Positions 63,470 through 64,000 of a stretch of 64,000 nt of DNA are shown here, piece by piece. The stretch is from contig OZ038378.1 of the NCBI GenBank assembly GCA_964036045.1, positions 95,976,001 to 96,040,000 of the forward strand, given 5' to 3'. This stretch comes from Eutreptiella sp. 'Long Island Sound 2002'. Its lineage: Eukaryota > Protista > Euglenida. The first letter of the stretch is position 1, and every line of letters begins with the position of its first letter. The notes under the pieces were generated by a model. The model was given only the letters and a program-made list of their open reading frames with translations, was not told the origin of the DNA and ran no database searches. A program made the translations under genes and the position numbers.

Positions 63470-64000
63470 CCTCAAACGCGGTTGACCAATTTTTCCGCCC
63501 CCAAGAACCGCCTGGTTCCTTGAGACCTGCGGCGGAATGTGTGCTACAATTACCCCCTCAGGTGCGAAATCAGCAGTGGCCGTATGTGCTCGACCGACAC
63601 CAAACGGTATGACACCTGGCGCTCCCCCTGCCTTTGGACTCACTGACGTCAGCACCGGGGGCTTTGACCAATGTTACTCTTGTTCGCACGCACGTTGATT
63701 ACACCGGTTTGCGTGCGCAATGGGGCTCACATTGTGTATCAGCTGTTTACTCAAGCGGTGGCGCGTCTGCAAGACCTTTTTGCGTGAGAGAGGACTTTTC
63801 CGCTAGAAGAGGGGAGGGTGTACTACCTCCCCTCTAAGTATTTTCAAGGGCTAAACTCAGCCTGGTACCAGTTACCACGGGGTCTCTCACCCTTCTGTTG
63901 ACGGTTCTTAACCCTGTTACCCTTAGATGCCTTTTGCACAAGTTAGGTGGCCCAGTGCACGGGTCTCTACGCTAGTTGCAGGTGGCCTTGTCTTCCTTGC

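Noticed and set aside
57617-64000. DIRS/Ngaro retrotransposon
   Set aside because: No RT, RNase H or tyrosine recombinase motifs and no split terminal repeats were seen in the window.

Overview
Repeat-dense eukaryotic genomic DNA with GT-AG introns and no operons, rRNA or CRISPR. It is a nested graveyard of mobile elements around one recognisable host exon, a short-chain dehydrogenase at 36762-37031. Most ORF-track entries are spurious products of GC-rich or repeat DNA. Joining frames across stops, frameshifts and insertions recovers several decayed genes: (1) a hAT-type transposase preceded on the same strand by a TET/JBP-like 2OG-Fe(II) dioxygenase and a USP (C19) deubiquitinase domain (3.7-7.5 kb); (2) a second, PhyH-like dioxygenase (7.5-9.5 kb); (3) RAG1/Transib-like transposase C-termini, one split by a 3137-bp CCC...GGG element with a 2-bp TSD; (4) an APE-RT-RNaseH-ZnF LINE with a (CACAC)n tail, whose 3' end is shared by two arms of a satellite-bearing foldback; (5) a Ulp1/C48 protease split by a Mutator-like insertion. 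There are also at least four minisatellite families (41-42, 47, ~91 and ~102 bp). All protein calls are by-eye motif recognition, with no database search. The organism is not determinable from the sequence. A repeat-rich protist such as a euglenid is only an unverified impression.
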